A stretch of 64,000 nt of DNA from positions 31,186,001 through 31,250,000 of the forward strand of contig OX597827.1 in the NCBI GenBank assembly GCA_951406725.2. Reading direction: 5' to 3'. Position 1 is the first letter of the stretch. Each line of letters opens with the position of its first letter. The notes below the pieces were generated by a model. It ran no database searches. It saw nothing but the letters and a program-made list of their open reading frames with translations, and was not told the DNA's origin. This document shows positions 51,831 to 64,000 of this stretch, one piece after another. The position numbers and the translations under genes are program-made. The DNA is from Octopus vulgaris (taxonomy: Eukaryota).

Positions 51831-52705
51831 GTGGGGCCTCTGCATGATAGGTTGATTGACCAAAATTAGCAGCCAAATCTCTCCCCAACCTTCATCATCG
51901 TCAGCAGCAGCAGCAGCATTTAACAACCTTTTTCCATGCTGTCATGGGTTGAACGGTTTGAGTCATAGGTATGAATTGAGCCTGGTGAGCCACAGGTCTG
52001 CATTGAGCCTAGTGAGCCACAGGTCTGCATTGTGCTGCTCCATGTCAGCTTTGGCATGGTTTCTATGGCTGGATGCTGCTCTTAAGTAAGCAAAAATAAG
52101 TTGGACTGTGTAGTTCTTGGTTTATTATAACACAGGATGGTCATGGTTGGAAACCTTTTGAAGACAGGTTTACTGGATGAGGTTTGACCTGGGCCTAAAG
52201 AGCAACAATAATAACAACAACAACAACAACAACAATAACCACATGTTGATAACATAATTAGAGCAATCGACATTGCTAACTAACAAAACATGACAATGCA
52301 ATGTTAATTAATAGCTTTATCAAATGACAGAGCAACTAATGAATTAATTATGGGCAGAAAACACAAACAACAGAATATATGCGAAATAAACACACACATG
52401 CTAAGTAGATGCATATATACACACGTTTGTACACACGCGTCCACACACATAAATTAACACTCATTTGCATATAAACAAAACAACACACACACAAGTGCTA
52501 AGCATATGAATACACACAAGACATATGTGACCTTCACAATCTGCACAAACTAAACTGTAAACATTACACACACACACATACACAGATATACACATATATT
52601 CACATACATGTACAAACACACATACACACACAAGTGTATATATACCTTCACAGGTGCAAATACATTCTTTTCCTTGACATACTAATATATAAATATATAT
52701 ATATA

Positions 52706-53100
52706 CTAGCAGTATTGCCCGGCGTTGCTCGGGTTTGTAAGGGAAATAACTATATAAGCATTTTTAGAGAGTTATAGCCAAAAAATAGCAAAAAATGCAT
52801 TAAAAATGGAAAAAAAATTATGGTAATTTTTTTTTTTAAATCGTTGACTCATCGTAGACATTTTTAGAGAGTTACTTCCCTGATATAATAGCGAAAAAAA
52901 TGCATTAAAATGGAAAAAAATGATGGTAAATTTTTTTTTAAATCGTAGACTCATCGTAGACGCACGCTAATACCCAGAAGTGCTTGATATGAATCACGAC
53001 TATAAGATACCCGGTTTTGGTTAAACTGCACAGCAAAATGTGGGAGTAGTTAGGAATCTAAATCGTAGGAGACAGACACACAACCTTACTTATATAAAGA
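52706..53100 (-). mobile_element. Non-autonomous Helitron
   Basis: Minus strand starts TC and ends with hairpin cccgagcaacgccggg then CTAG; inserted between A and T. Contains an internal ~100-bp tandem duplication. Confidence 0.8.
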
Positions 53101-53231
53101 TATATATATATTTATATGAATATATAAATGTGTATATATATATATATACATACACACACACACATATATGCATACTCTTTCTCCCTCTCTCTTACATATG
53201 CAAACAGATACAATACACATGACACACACAC

Positions 53232-53288
<57 letters not shown>

Positions 53289-54157
53289 AACACACATATA
53301 AACATTCACTTACCCCCTCTCTCTTTTATTCTTTCATACCCACCCCTGACACAATTCATATACAGAAACATATGCAGTCTTACAGACCCATGCTCACTCT
53401 CTTACACACAAACACACCAACACAATCTCTCACACATACATACACATACATGTATGTATACATAATCTGCCTCTCGCTTTTGAACACACAAACACATGCT
53501 CTTTTGCACACACACACACCTACACTGAAGGGCATATACAAACTATCTCACTGTCTCTGCGTCTCTCCCTTTTTCCTCTCTTTCTCTCTCTCTCTCGCTC
53601 ATATATTAAACACACAGAAAGTATCTACCTTCTGTTTGTCTGACTCTCCCTCCCTCCCGCTCTCCCCCCCTCTCTCACACACACATTCAATTACCTGCAC
53701 AGCATCTACACATACATCCATATTTCTCTTTTCTCTCATGTATACACAAAAACATGTACACTTATACAAACAGACACACACACACACGCTCTCCCTCTCT
53801 CTCTCTCTCTCTCTCAGATTTGCTCTCTTTCCCTTTCTCACCCCACTCCCTCTCTCTCTTCTTTGTATGCACACAAACACATACAGACATACAGACAACT
53901 GACATACACAGCTACCAGACATGTCCCATCAATAAATTACTCAGGGTAAGCAGAAGGTATTAATAAACTAATTTGTCAACAAAGGGCTTAATCGTTGTGA
54001 GCAAAAATATCACGGAAACAAAAGATATTTGTTTATACACAAACACTTACACATACACATGCATACACCCACACACCCCTACAAACATGCACAAACACAC
54101 ACATAAATATACATACATATATATATGTGTATGCATGTACATATATTTATATATATA

Positions 54158-54563
54158 GGCGCAGAAGTGGCTGTGTGGTAAGTAGCTTGCTTACAAACCA
54201 CATGGTTCCGGGTTCAGTCCCACTGCGTGGCACCTTGGGCAAGTGTCTTCTACTATAGCCTCGGGCCAAACAAAGCCTTATGAGTGGATTTGGTAGACGG
54301 AAATTGAAAGAAGCCTGTCGTATATATGTATATATATGTGTGTGCGTGTGTGTGTGTTTGTCTGTCTGTGTTTATCCCCGCAACATCGCTTGACAACTGA
54401 TGCTGGTATGTTTACATCCCTGTAACTTAGCAGTTTGGCAAAAGAGACTGATAGAATAAGTACTAGGCTTACAAAGAATAAGTCCTGGGGTTGACTTGCT
54501 CGACTAAAGGCGGTGCTCCAGCATGGCCGCAGTCAAATGACTGAAACAAGTAAAAGAGTAAAA
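54158..54563 (+). mobile_element. SINE family A, full length
   Basis: tRNA-like head (TGGCTGTGTGG A box, GGTTCAGTCCC B-box-like), central microsatellite and conserved 3' half. Confidence 0.9.
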
Positions 54564-54580
54564 TACATATATATATATAT

Positions 54581-55012
54581 CATCATCATCGTTTAACATC
54601 CGTTTTCCATGCTGGCATGGGTTGGACAGTTTGACCAAGGTCTAGAGAGCCAGTGGCTGCACCAGACTCCAATCTGATCTGGCAACATTTCTACAGCTGG
54701 ATGCCCTTCCTAATGCCAACCATTCCGAGAGTGTAGTGAGTGCTTTTTACATGTCACCAGCACAGGAGCCAGTCAGGCAGTCCTGGCATTGATCACGTTA
54801 GGATAGTGCTTTTTATGGGAACCAGTCAGGGTCACTGGCATCGGCCACATTCAAATGGTGCTTCTTATGTGCTGCTGGAATGGGAGCCAGTCAGGCAGCA
54901 CTGGCATTGGCCATGTTCAGATGGTGCTTTTTACGTACCACTGGCACAGGGGCCAGTCAAGGGGTACTGGCATCGGCTATGTTCGGGTAGTGCTTTTTAT
55001 GTGCCACCAGCA
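54581..55012 (-). mobile_element. RTE 3' UTR fragment with ~5 array units
   Basis: Collinear with the other 3' UTR copies. Confidence 0.85.
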
Positions 55013-56267
55013 TATATATACATATCTATACATATATACATATATATATAGGCATATATGTCTGTGTATATATCTATATCTATGATATATTTATATCTAC
55101 CTATCTGTATTATATATGTATATAGATATTAAAATAATTATCCATAATTTAAAAATTCCTGTGTATAGACTGGGTTGTTTCTATTACAATTTAGATGTTT
55201 AATTGCACATGTATTTTAATTTGCTTCATTCATAATGTGGCATTAACATTGAAATATCAAAAGAAAACAGTAGTGTATATATCGCAGCATTAAATTTATA
55301 CGTACACACACATATATGTATGTGTACACAGACACACATCATCATCATCATCATCAGCATCATTGTTCTAATGTCCACTTTTCCATGCTTGCATGGGTCA
55401 GATGGAATTTGATGAGACAAATTTTCTATGGTTGGACGCTCTACTTGATACTCTCTCTCTCACCTGTTTCCAATGTAAGATAACATTTCTCTATGGCTGA
55501 ACATATTTTGCTTTTCATGGAAGACTGGATATGAAAGACACCATTTTTATGGTTGTGATGCTTATTTACAACCACTGCACACAAAGAAGGAAAGGAAACA
55601 CAATCACACAAACATATATATACAGACACACATACAAATACATACATACATACTGTTATAATGTGGATCCTTGTCCACTTGTATGTTCTCGTCGGCACTG
55701 TAATATTCTTGTTGCCACTATTATGATGTATTGGTATTCCTCGTCTTATTATCTTTCACTCGTCTATTGTGCTATCACTAATAGCTCTGCAAGACAACAG
55801 CTTTGAAACATCTACCTTGATGGTAACTTGAACTTGTATATATCACATAATTGACACTGACTCCAACTGAGAACTCATACAATGACTCTACTATCACTGA
55901 CCTTCCTACAACGACTGATTGCCTGACTTTATAATGGCTCTGTCATGTAGGAAGGAGTGTACCATTTTCACTTCAACACATACATTTAACAAGACACCTC
56001 TTATTACATCACATAACAAGATACTTCTGCACTAAGGGATGAACCACAACTAGTTGTATAGTTTCCCACCGGCGGGGAGGGATCGATGTAGGATGTGTTG
56101 CAACAATTGTTGTGAGCCATAAAGTTTCCCGAGTATTTCAGTTTTGGTTTCTTTCGATTGTTTTATACATACATACTATATACATATATATGGACATACA
56201 TATGTACATACATGCATGCATATATACATACATACATACATATTTACATACATACATAGATATACTC

Positions 56268-56669
56268 TCTTTTACTCTTTTACTTGTTTCAGTTATTTAA
56301 CTGAGGCCATGCTGGAGCACTGCCTTTAGTTGAGTAAATCGACTCCAGGACTTATTCTTTGTAAGCTTAGTACTTATTCTATCTGTCTCTCTTGCCGAAC
56401 TACTAAGTTACAGGGATGTAAACACACCAGCATCGGTTGTCAAGTGATGTTGGGGGACAAACACAGACATACAAATGTACATACACACACATACATATAT
56501 ATACATATATACGACGGGCTTCTTTCAGTTTCTGCCCACTAAATTTACTCACAAGGCTTTGGTCAGCCTGAGGCTATAGTAGAAGACACTTGCCCAAGGT
56601 GCCATGCAGTGGGATTGAACCCGGAACCATGTGGTTTGTAAGCAAGCTACTTACCACACAGTCACTCCT
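56268..56669 (-). mobile_element. SINE family A, full length
   Basis: Reverse complement of the 54158 copy. Confidence 0.9.
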
Positions 56670-57693
56670 TGTGTTTTAGAAGCAATGCATGATAATAGAA
56701 TTTCTGACTTGAGACAGATGTAACAAACTACCAAACTACTCCTAAATCTTGAAGGCAAATTTATAAACATTACAAAAGTGGCAGAGGTTACTAAGTGGTA
56801 CTGGCATTGCTAGAAATAAGAGGCAAAACGACTCATTAGCCATAAGAGCACCTTCTTAATGATTAACATCTATAAATTTGCCTTTAGGTTATTAAACTGC
56901 TAATAAGCCATCGATATTATTTATAGTTTTCACTTTCACCATTTTTGAAATCAGTGCATGAGGTCAATGGTTTTCTTAAAAGCTGACAAGGTGATTTGAG
57001 TAAGAGCCACCAATGAGAATTAAGATGCTTTGCATCAAAATTCGAAATCGCCGGTGAACTGGTTGTTTGTAAAGGGAGCTTGTCTCCCTTCTCAGTCATT
57101 AAGAAAGTGCTCTCGTGGCTAGTGAGTCGGTTTCTAACAATGCCGGTACCACTTAGTACCCTCTGTCACTTTAGTGACATCTATAAATTTGGCTTTAGGT
57201 AGTTAAATTGCTAATAAGCCACCCATATTTTTCATATGTATATATATATATATGCATATATATATATCTATACATATATATGTGTGTGTATATATGTTAT
57301 ATATATATATATATATATATATAAGTCTTGAGTTCCTTTTGAGCATAGGGCCTCAGGGAGGCAAAGTGGCTGAGTTCCTTTCAAGTTTTAGGCCTCATGG
57401 AGGCAATGACCAAGACCTTTGGCATTATGTTGTGCTTGAGAAGAAGACCCATGAAGCCAAGCAAAATCACAGTCGTGGCAGATACTGGTGTCATACAAAT
57501 GGCACGTAAAAGCACTCATTACACACTCGAAGTGGTTGGCGTTAGGAAGGGGCATCCAGAAGTAGAAAACCATGACAAATCAGACTGGAGTTCGGTGCAG
57601 CCTTCCAGCTTGCCAGCCCTGGTCAAACTGTCCAACCCATGCCAGCATGGACAACAGACATTAAAAAAAGAAATATATATCTATATATATATA

Positions 57694-58110
57694 GGCGCAG
57701 GAGTGGCTGTGTGGTAAGTAGCTTGCTAACCAACCACATGGTTCCGGGTTCAGTCCCACTGCGTGGCATCTTGGGCAAGTGTCTTCTGCTATAGTCCCGG
57801 GCCGACCAAAGCCTTGTGAGTGGATTTGGTAGACGGAAACTGAAAGAAGCCTGTCGTATATATGGATATATATATATATGTGCATGTGTGTGTATATGTT
57901 TGTGTGTCTGTGTTTGTCCCTCTAGCATTGCTTGACAACCGATGCTGGTGTGTTTACGTCCCCGTCACTTAGCGGTTCGGCAAAAGAGAACGATAGAATA
58001 AGTACTGGGCTTACAAAGAATAAGTCCCGGGGTCGATTTGCTCGATTAAAGGCGGTGCTCCAGCATGGCCGCAGTCAAATGGCTGAAACAAGTAAACAAG
58101 TAAACAAGTA
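57694..58110 (+). mobile_element. SINE family A, full length and young (CpGs retained)
   Basis: Collinear with the 54158 copy. Confidence 0.9.
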
Positions 58111-58833
58111 TATATATATATATGTATGTATAAAATTAATGTAGACAGCAGTTTGCAATGTTTCACCAAAAAGGAAAACTATAATCGTCGCTAAATGTGA
58201 CTAGGGTTTTAGAAACATTACATTGCTAGAAATAAGAGCTAAAATCCTCTAATGGTGTAGTACATAATTGTATACATATATACTGACAAGGACTTAATAA
58301 TCTGAAAACACACACACACACACTTGTATATATATTTGTGTGTGCTTAAAGAACACAAAGTGTACACCAGCTGTTTCAGTAAAATTCTATTGATGATATC
58401 TACAGCATCCTACCAACACATGTCACCTTCATGGTTGTTTAACCTCACTGTGAATCCTATGTTATGGTACCTAGCCATTTCTGGCATCCTATGTGTTGAT
58501 GCACCTGGATTCTATCGAATCCTAACAACTAATGTATATATATATATATATATATATATAAATTCTTCTGAAGGATATTCGGATCTACATGTCATGCACG
58601 AGGATTTACCTTGGATGTGCATTCTACTTACATTTACCAGTGTCTGATTGTTGGATATTGTTAACCAAATTCTTTTTAAACCAAGTGCTTTATTGATATC
58701 TGCCTGGATTTTTAACCCCTTTTCTTTTATACCATAAACTGGCTTCCCTCATTTCTAATATACACTGCTTCTTCTCCAGATGTATGTTTTCTACAAGCGA
58801 TATATATATATGTATGCATGTATGTATGTATGT

Positions 58834-59478
58834 ACAGTTCTATATTTAAGAGATGAGGAATTATGTACATTATTTACATTTGATAGATATTTGTCCTCAT
58901 CTTGTTTGTTGTTAACACAACGTTTCGGCTGATATACCCTCCAGCTTTCATCAGGTGTCTTGGAGAAATTTTGAACCTGGGTTCTCATTCCTAAGGTATT
59001 TTTTGATGTTGTTATTATTATCATTATTATTATTTTATGTTTGACTTTTGCTTTAAATTTATACAAGTTGGCTCCAAGTCTCACCCAGTGACCTCAAGAG
59101 ACAAGTTAGAAGTTCATGTTGGTGTTATGCCTAGGGTGCCATATATTTGGTTTTGTACATAGTGTTGTTCTAGAGAATGTTTAAGAAACCATCAGAAAAT
59201 TATGTGTTTGTTTTAAAATTTGAGATTTGTGATTCTTCTTATTATTATTCAGGTCACTGCCTGGAATCAAACTCTGAATCTTGGGGTTAGTAGCTCGCGC
59301 TCTTAACCACTACACCATATGCCCGTGGTAATAATAATAATAATGACAACATCGAAAAATACCTTAGGAATGAGAACCCAGGTTTGAAATTTCCCCAAGA
59401 CACCTGATGAAGGCAGCAGGGTATATCAGCCGAAACTTTGTGTTGACAACAAACAAGAGAGGACAAATATCTGTCAAA

Positions 59479-59482
<4 letters not shown>
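58834..59482. mobile_element. Second inverted dimer of the tRNA-headed hammerhead element
   Basis: Minus-strand monomer 58834-59329 (tRNA head 59251-59324, hammerhead 58914-58959) plus a headless plus-strand arm 59330-59482 (hammerhead 59399-59444). Confidence 0.82.
59034..59238 (-). mobile_element. ~200-bp insertion in (TAA)n, possibly the 3' end of an R4/Dong-clade LINE
   Basis: Absent from the homologous arms and bounded by (TAT)n on both sides. Dong elements are known to target (TAA)n; the clade call is inference. Confidence 0.45.
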
Positions 59483-59526
<44 letters not shown>

Positions 59527-59536
59527 TGTATGTGTG

Positions 59537-59571
<35 letters not shown>

Positions 59572-60440
59572 GTGTATGTGATAGGCTTTCTCCAGTTTCC
59601 ATCAAATCCACTAACAAGACTTTGGTTGACTTGAGGCTATAATAGAAGTCACTTGTTTAAGAAGCCATGCAGTAGAACTGAACTGAAAACCATGTGGTTT
59701 AGAAAACAGACAGACAGATAGCTAGAAAGATAGATAGACAGACAGACAGACAGATAGATAGATAGACAGAATAAATATATGCAAATATATGCATATAAAC
59801 ATCACTAGGAATTGAAAACAGTTGATGTGTTGTACCTATGAAGGCATGTAAACAAACAAAACATAAGCACTATCATGTATACAACACCTTAGATACAAAT
59901 AACCGTATACATTGTATATAGCTGCATTTAGACATGTACACATACACACAAATGTGCAGTACAATAATGTGTGTTCCTTATTTCAATTTTATACGCTCAG
60001 ATGAAATAGAATACCTCTAAAAACTGATTTAATTAACAGATGGCCGCCACATGTGATATCACACACACACACACATCCGCATGCACACATTTTGCTTACT
60101 TTGTCATGACACTGATGCAAAGCAGAAATCATTTTGCCTTTATGACGCAATATTTAATGTGTTATGGAGCTGGTCTCACAGCATGGGGGTTTCATAGCAT
60201 TACACATAATATATAGATCGAGCTTGAAAGGGAGATGAAATTGTGCCTAACATCAATAAAGTAGCCATTTCCTGAAATACACACTGAATGCCATGCAATA
60301 AATTCATGTTTTTACAAGAATTTTGGAGTTCATTTATTTTTTTGTATTTAAAAATTATAATTTATAATATGTCATTTTTTTCTTGAGTTAGAATTACCTA
60401 CCTTGACTACATTGCTGGGATGGGCTTCACTCCCTCACTT

Positions 60441-60619
60441 TTCCTCTCATTCTCTCTCTCTCTTGTGTGCATACAAACACCTGTAGACACACTGAGGTAA
60501 ATCATCATCATCATCATCATCGTTTAACGTCCGCTTAAACGATGATGATGATGATGATGAGTTACCTCAGTGTGTCTACAGGTGTTTGTATGCACACAAG
60601 AGAGAGAGAATGAGAGGAA
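60441..60619. repeat. Fold-back palindrome centred on an RTE 3' terminus
   Basis: ~86-bp arms with a 7-nt loop cgtccgc (60528-60534). Confidence 0.92.
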
Positions 60620-60657
60620 CATATACATATACACACACATATATATATATATATAAA

Positions 60658-63600
60658 TCATCATCATCATCAGCATCATCGTTTAGCATCCGCTTTCCAT
60701 GCTAGCATGGGTTGGACAGTTCAACTGGGGTCTGGGAAGCCAGAAGGCTGCACCAGGCCCAGTCTGATCTGGCAATGTTTCTATGGCTGGTTGCCCTTCC
60801 TAACGCCAACCACTCCATGAGTGTAGTGGGTGCTTTTTATGTGCCACCGGCACAGGTACCAGACGAGGCTGGCAAACGGCCACAATCGAATGGTGCTTTT
60901 TACGTGCCACCGGCACGGAGGCCAGTCGGGGCGGCGCTGGCAACGGCCACGTTCGTATGGTTCTTTTATGTGCCACCGGCACTGGTATCACAGCTACAAT
61001 TTCCATTGATGTTGATCGATTTTGATTCTGATTCTCACTAGCCTCAACAGGTCTTCACAAGTAGAGTTTTGTGTCCTAAGAAGAAAAGGTATGCATAAGT
61101 GGACCGGCTACATCACAGGTAGAGGCCATGGGTTATGGTCTCACTTGTCCTGCCGGGTCTTCTCACGCACAGCATACTTCCATAGGTCTCAGTCTCTAGC
61201 CATTTCCTCGGTGAGACCTAAAGTTCAAAGGTCGTGCTTCACCACCTTGTCCCAGGTTTTCCTGGGTCTACCTCTTCCACAGGTTCCCTCAACCGCTAGG
61301 GTGTGGCACTTTTTCACACACCTATCTTCATCCATTCATGCCACATGACCATACCAGCACTAACGTCTCTCTTGCACACCACAACTGATGCTTCTTTGGT
61401 CCAACTTTTCTCTCAGGGTACTTATACTCTGTCGAGTATGTACACTGACATTACACATCCATCGGAGCATACTGACTTTATTTATTGCGAGCTTACGCAT
61501 ATCCTCAACAGTCACGGCCCATGTTTCACTGCCATGTAGCATGGATGTTCATACACATGCGTCATACAGTCTGTCTTTTACTCTGGGCGAGAGGCCTTTT
61601 GTCACCAGCAGAGGTAAGAGCTCTCTGAACTTTGCCCAGGCTATTCTTACTCTAGCAGTTACACTTTCAGCACACCCACCCCTGCTACTGACTTGGTCAC
61701 CTAGGTAACGGAAGCTATCAACTATTTCTAGTTTTTCTCCCTGGAATGTGGTGGAAGTTGGTCTCTGCACATTTTCAGTGTTTATTGCTCCTGAGCATCT
61801 GCCACATACAAAAACTATTTTCTTAGTTAGCCTTCCTTTGACATTGCTGCACCTCTTATGTGTCCATAGCTTACACTTGGTGCATCTTATAGAGTTTCTA
61901 CTTACGCCTTTTCTACAGATCGAGCAGGGCCATCTACCAGAAGGCGTTTGTGATTTGTCAACCTTCCTACTGATTAGGACTTTGGTTTTAGCTAGGTTGA
62001 CTCTAAGGCCCTTTGATTCTAATCCTTGCTTCCACACTTGAAACCTCTCCTCCAGTTCTGATAGTGACTCAGCAATTAGAGCAAGGTCATTAGCATAGAG
62101 GAGCTCCCAGGGGCATCCTGTCTTGAATTCCTCTATTATTGCCTGGAGGACTATGATAAATAGGAGGGCGCTGAGGACTGAGCTTTGGTGGACCCCTTCC
62201 TCAACTTTGAATTCTTTAGTGTACTCGTCGCCAACCCTCACCTTACAAGCAGCGTCCCTGTACATGGCTCGTACAGCTCTCACTAACTATTCATCTATCC
62301 CTAGTTTCCTCATTGATCACCAGATAAGGGATTGGAGGACCCTGTCAAAGGCTTTCTCCATGTCAACAAAAGCCAGGTACAGGGGCTTATCCTTGGCTAG
62401 GTATTTCTCCTGCAGCTGCCTTACAAGAAATATAGCATCAGTGGTGCTTTTTCCTGACACAAAACCAAACTGCATCTCATCTAAACTCACTCTCTCTCTC
62501 TAATTGTTGGGCTATGACCCTCTCCGTAACCTTCATTACCTGATCCAACAGCTTGATACTCCTGTAGTTATTAGTATCTAGGACGTCACCTTTAGCTTTG
62601 TAGCAGTTGACTATTATGCTGCTACACCAGTCATTGGGAATGACTTCTTCGTGTATCACCAGGTTAACTATAGGGGTGACTAGGCTATAGCCGACACTAC
62701 CAGATATTTTGAGCATCTCTGCAGTAATTCCTGATGGGCCTGGGGCTTTCCCTGTCTTCATGCTACTAATTGCCATAAATACTAAGGAACTGTCAACTCG
62801 GATAGCTGGTCCCTCTGTTGGGTCGACATTCGGCAGACTCTCTTTATCCCATTCATTTTCTTTATTCAGCAACCTTTCATAGTGGCATCTCCAAACCTCT
62901 CTCTTTGCATCCTCATTTAGCGCAAGTGAACCATCATCCATGTGAACACATTTCTCTCCTACCACATCATGATTCTCTCTCACACACTGTCTTGCAACAT
63001 GAAATACCTCAAGTCTTTGATCCTCACAGTGCAGAACATTGGAAAATTTTTTCTTATCTGCTTCCCCTCTGGCTAAATACACCTGCCTCCTAGCTTCCCT
63101 TCTGGCAGTCTGATACACTTCCCTGCTACCATGTTCTTCTAAGCCTGTTTTTTTTCTCTAATAGCCCTGTCAACAATATTGTTCCACCACCACGTTATTA
63201 TGGGTCTTGAGGGGACGTTGCTCCATCCACAGATCTGGAGAGTGGCTCTCAGCAGGTTGTTCCGTAGAAACCTAAAGTTGTCTTCTACACTATGTGAATC
63301 TATATCCTCTTCTATTTCATCAAAGTCTTCGAGTAATATGTCTCTAAATCTCTCTCCATTCGCAGGATCTTTGAGCTTCCAGATCCTTCTTCTCCATGTT
63401 GGTCGTCTTCTGGTCGTCCTCTTAGTCCTGACCCTAAAGTCACTAACTACCAGTCTATGTTGTGGGGTACATTCTTCGCTGGGAAGGTTTTGGCATTTAT
63501 AAGCAGCCATCTTTCCCATTTTCTGGCAAGGATGTAGTCGATTTGGCTGGTATGTCAGCCTGATCAGTAGGTGACTAGGTGGCTGGTAGGTTTTCTGAAG

Positions 63601-64000
63601 TTAGTGTTGCAGACCATAAGATCATTCACATCGCAGAACTCCAGCAGCCTGGTTCCCTCATCGTTGCGGGAACCATAGCCATAGCCTCCATGTACGCCAT
63701 GGAAACCCCCAGCATGTTGTCCAACATACTCTGATTACCTCAATTACCTTATCTACCCATTTTTCAGTGAGCAGTATACCCATGCCCCCGACCCCGTCAG
63801 TGTTTCCAGCCCAGAAAATCTTGTACCTGTGTTCTTTGCCTGTGAAGAACCTAGCAGAACCTCCTCTCCACGTCACTTCTTGAATGCAGCACATAACACA
63901 TCTCCATTCAAGCAACTCAACAATCTCGCCAGACCTACCTTTCAGTGTGCCAACATTGAGGGTGCCAACCCTGAGGGAGGTATAGGCCCTAGGCACCTTG
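60658..64000 (-). mobile_element. RTE LINE copy 4, extends past the window end
   Basis: LRVGTLNVGTLKGR endonuclease start, RT with YAND, PHD finger, 3' UTR array and (GAT)n tail. Deletion near 63726. Confidence 0.95.

Noticed and set aside
53168-53902. 244-aa ORF and the many YI/CV/HT-repeat ORFs
   Set aside because: Translations of (TA)n, (CA)n and (CT)n microsatellites.
55653-56160. Possible solo LTR starting TGTT
   Set aside because: No matching terminal CA with target duplication, primer-binding site or second LTR could be identified.
56917-57099. 60-aa ORF as an upstream CFAP99 exon
   Set aside because: No recognisable similarity or convincing splice sites, and it lies inside a repeat rearrangement.

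Overview
Eukaryotic, repeat-dense genomic DNA. The RTE/SINE repertoire and abundant microsatellites suggest an octopod cephalopod (inference). One host gene crosses the window on the minus strand: six phase-compatible GT-AG coding exons (47018-47125, 33013-33165, 17681-17766, 10752-10956, 8694-8752, 598-680) that splice into a coiled-coil protein resembling CFAP99. No start or stop exon was found. The introns hold four large decayed RTE LINEs whose RT carries an inserted C4HC3 PHD finger and whose 3' UTR carries a ~62-bp structured array. They also hold a second RTE family, a CR1-like fragment, a Neptune-type Penelope element, a DD36E Tc1 element, mariner/pogo/piggyBac-type MITEs, a Helitron and three tRNA-SINE families. 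The main hidden signal is a set of unrelated, mostly palindromic, non-coding elements that each carry a minimal Penelope-type hammerhead ribozyme motif. One is a tRNA-headed, SINE-like hammerhead element inserted as inverted dimers; another has a G3:C8-swapped core. All calls were made by eye with no database search, and repeat boundaries are approximate.
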